Source of the DNA: an uncultured SAR116 cluster alpha proteobacterium
GTDB lineage: Bacteria; Pseudomonadota; Alphaproteobacteria; Puniceispirillales; Marisalimonadaceae
DNA: 64,000 nucleotides
Assembly: GCA_902622745.1 (NCBI GenBank)
Contig: CACNQW010000004.1
Span: forward strand, 6,326 to 70,325
Reading direction: 5' to 3'
Each line of letters begins with the position of its first letter. Position 1 is the stretch's first letter. Positions 62,792-64,000 of this stretch are shown one piece after another. A program made the translations under genes and the position numbers. The notes below the pieces were generated by a model that saw only the letters and a program-made list of their open reading frames with translations, did no database searches and had not been told where the DNA came from.

Positions 62792-63737
62792 AAATAATAA
62801 ACTTACTCAAAGTCTCATTTGTTTATGCAAAAAACAAAAGTTAGTTAATTTAAAACCAAATTTGTTAAAGTGTGAGATTTGTCTAAGAGAATTTAAAAAA
62901 GAAAAAAATATTTATAAATTTTTACATAAAATAGATAAGTTTTATGAAGGCACTTATGATGGTGAAATTAAAAATATTCCGAACCCTAAAACTATATTTG
63001 GAAAATTTACCCTTTGGATGATTAATAGTGGTTATTTAAATCAAATTACAAAAAATATAAAATTTGGATCTAATATCTTAGAACTTGGATGTGCTGGTGG
63101 AGTAAGATATTTAGGTGAAAATTATAATTATGTTGGAATGGATTTGTCAGGTGTATCTCTAGAAAAATCTAATTCAAAAGCCGAATTTTTAATTCAAGGT
63201 AATTGTCTTGAAGGCATTCCTTTTGACGATAGCACTTTAGACGGTATTGTGAGTTCCTTTTTCTGGGAGCATATAAAAAGTAAAGATAAAGATTACTTGT
63301 TAGAAGAATTCCACAGGGTATTAAAGCCTAATGGTAAAATTGTTATGTTGTATGATGTAGCAACTTCAAACCCTTTTATTAATTTATTTAAAGAAAAGAA
63401 TAAAAATTTGTATAAAAAATTATTTTTAGACAGAGATATGCATGTCGGTTACGAAACTTTTGATAAAAATCGAAAAAGGTTTAAATCTAAAAAATTTGAG
63501 ATAGTAGACATTTTTGGATATGAAAAAACATTCATACAACCGCCAGCAACTTATGATAAATTACTTCATTTTTTTAAAAACAAAGAGTGTTTAATCAAAA
63601 TAAATGACAAAATATTCAAATTTAAGATTATATTATATTTCCAAACTTTTTTGGTTAGAGTTTTAGATGAATTATTTTCAAAAACATTACCAGATAAATG
63701 GTCAAGAACTTCAATGGTTATTTTAAAAAAGAATTAA
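62775..63737 (+). CDS. class I SAM-dependent methyltransferase with N-terminal Cys-rich (zinc-ribbon-like) segment
   Basis: SAM motif I ILELGCAGG. Post-I/II elements DGIVSSFFWEH and LKPNGKIVMLYD. N-terminal C-x-C...C-x-x-C (LICLCKK...LKCEICLREF). 17-nt overlap with the upstream gene. Confidence 0.75.
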   Translation: MLDQNKNNKLTQSLICLCKKQKLVNLKPNLLKCEICLREFKKEKNIYKFLHKIDKFYEGTYDGEIKNIPNPKTIFGKFTLWMINSGYLNQITKNIKFGSNILELGCAGGVRYLGENYNYVGMDLSGVSLEKSNSKAEFLIQGNCLEGIPFDDSTLDGIVSSFFWEHIKSKDKDYLLEEFHRVLKPNGKIVMLYDVATSNPFINLFKEKNKNLYKKLFLDRDMHVGYETFDKNRKRFKSKKFEIVDIFGYEKTFIQPPATYDKLLHFFKNKECLIKINDKIFKFKIILYFQTFLVRVLDELFSKTLPDKWSRTSMVILKKN

Positions 63738-63739
63738 AG

Positions 63740-64000
63740 ATGATTGTTGAAAAAAAAAAGGTTTTAATTACTGGAATTTTTGGACAAGATGGATGGTTTT
63801 TAACTAATTTATTAAAGAAAAAAAATTATTCAATTTTTGGAATTTTTAATAAAAAAAAGAATTATAAAGACGTTGAAAATAGTATCTATAATAATGTTAC
63901 CTTGATTGATGTTAATAAGTTAAATAACAATTCTTTATTATCATTAATAAAACAAAATAGTTTTGATGAAGTATATCACTTAGCAGCAAATGCTACTCCT
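63740..64000 (+). CDS. second Gmd-like NAD-dependent sugar dehydratase/epimerase (3' end outside the window)
   Basis: MIVEKKKVLITGIFGQDGWFLTNLL parallels the Gmd motif [12 protein letters not shown]. The frame stays open to the window edge (..EVYHLAANAT). Confidence 0.7.
   Translation, partial: MIVEKKKVLITGIFGQDGWFLTNLLKKKNYSIFGIFNKKKNYKDVENSIYNNVTLIDVNKLNNNSLLSLIKQNSFDEVYHLAANATP

Overview
This is a very AT-rich, extremely gene-dense bacterial segment. GC looks like roughly 30% by eye but was not computed. Most intergenic gaps are under 100 nt and many start/stop codons overlap. Gene content and order look alphaproteobacterial, and the streamlining is most consistent with a SAR11/Pelagibacterales-like genome; that assignment is an inference, not a database result.

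Nt 1-39,960 is core housekeeping and central metabolism:
- trmD-rplS, leuCDB-asd.
- A contiguous TCA block: sdhCDAB-zapE-mdh-sucCDAB-lpdA.
- htpG, an acyl-CoA dehydrogenase, and a four-gene GldA/F/G-like ABC operon with a DUF4340-like partner.
- An amidase, an aminotransferase, ggt, pyrE and several oxidoreductases and transporters.

From about nt 39,960 to the right edge the content becomes a cell-envelope and surface-glycan island. It looks more AT-rich and its proteins are rich in K/N/I/F. The core-looking genes hppA and mmsB interrupt it. It contains:
- Glycosyltransferases and an O-antigen-ligase-like protein.
- rfbBACD, a UDP-sugar dehydrogenase and epimerase, and a fused ABC exporter.
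- gmd plus a second Gmd-like paralog, and a methyltransferase.

Peptidoglycan-recycling genes are interleaved with these: ampG, a signal-less YkuD-fold protein, a cytoplasmic GH84-like N-acetylglucosaminidase, a PIG-L deacetylase, anmK and murQ.

The most unusual points:
1. rfbD and murQ form a single 535-aa reading frame.
2. A sugar nucleotidyltransferase is fused to an RpiB/LacAB isomerase domain, is followed by a small cupin, and sits between two Gmd-type dehydratases.
3. SucB has an E3-binding-like domain placed N-terminal to its lipoyl domain.
4. The catalytic AHPDD motif of the PIG-L deacetylase lies upstream of the first ATG, which implies an ATT start.
5. The membrane pyrophosphatase carries K+-dependent/Na+-type signature residues.

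I found no rRNA, tRNA, CRISPR array, transposase, integrase or obvious long repeat. All calls rest on motif recognition by eye; no searches were run.
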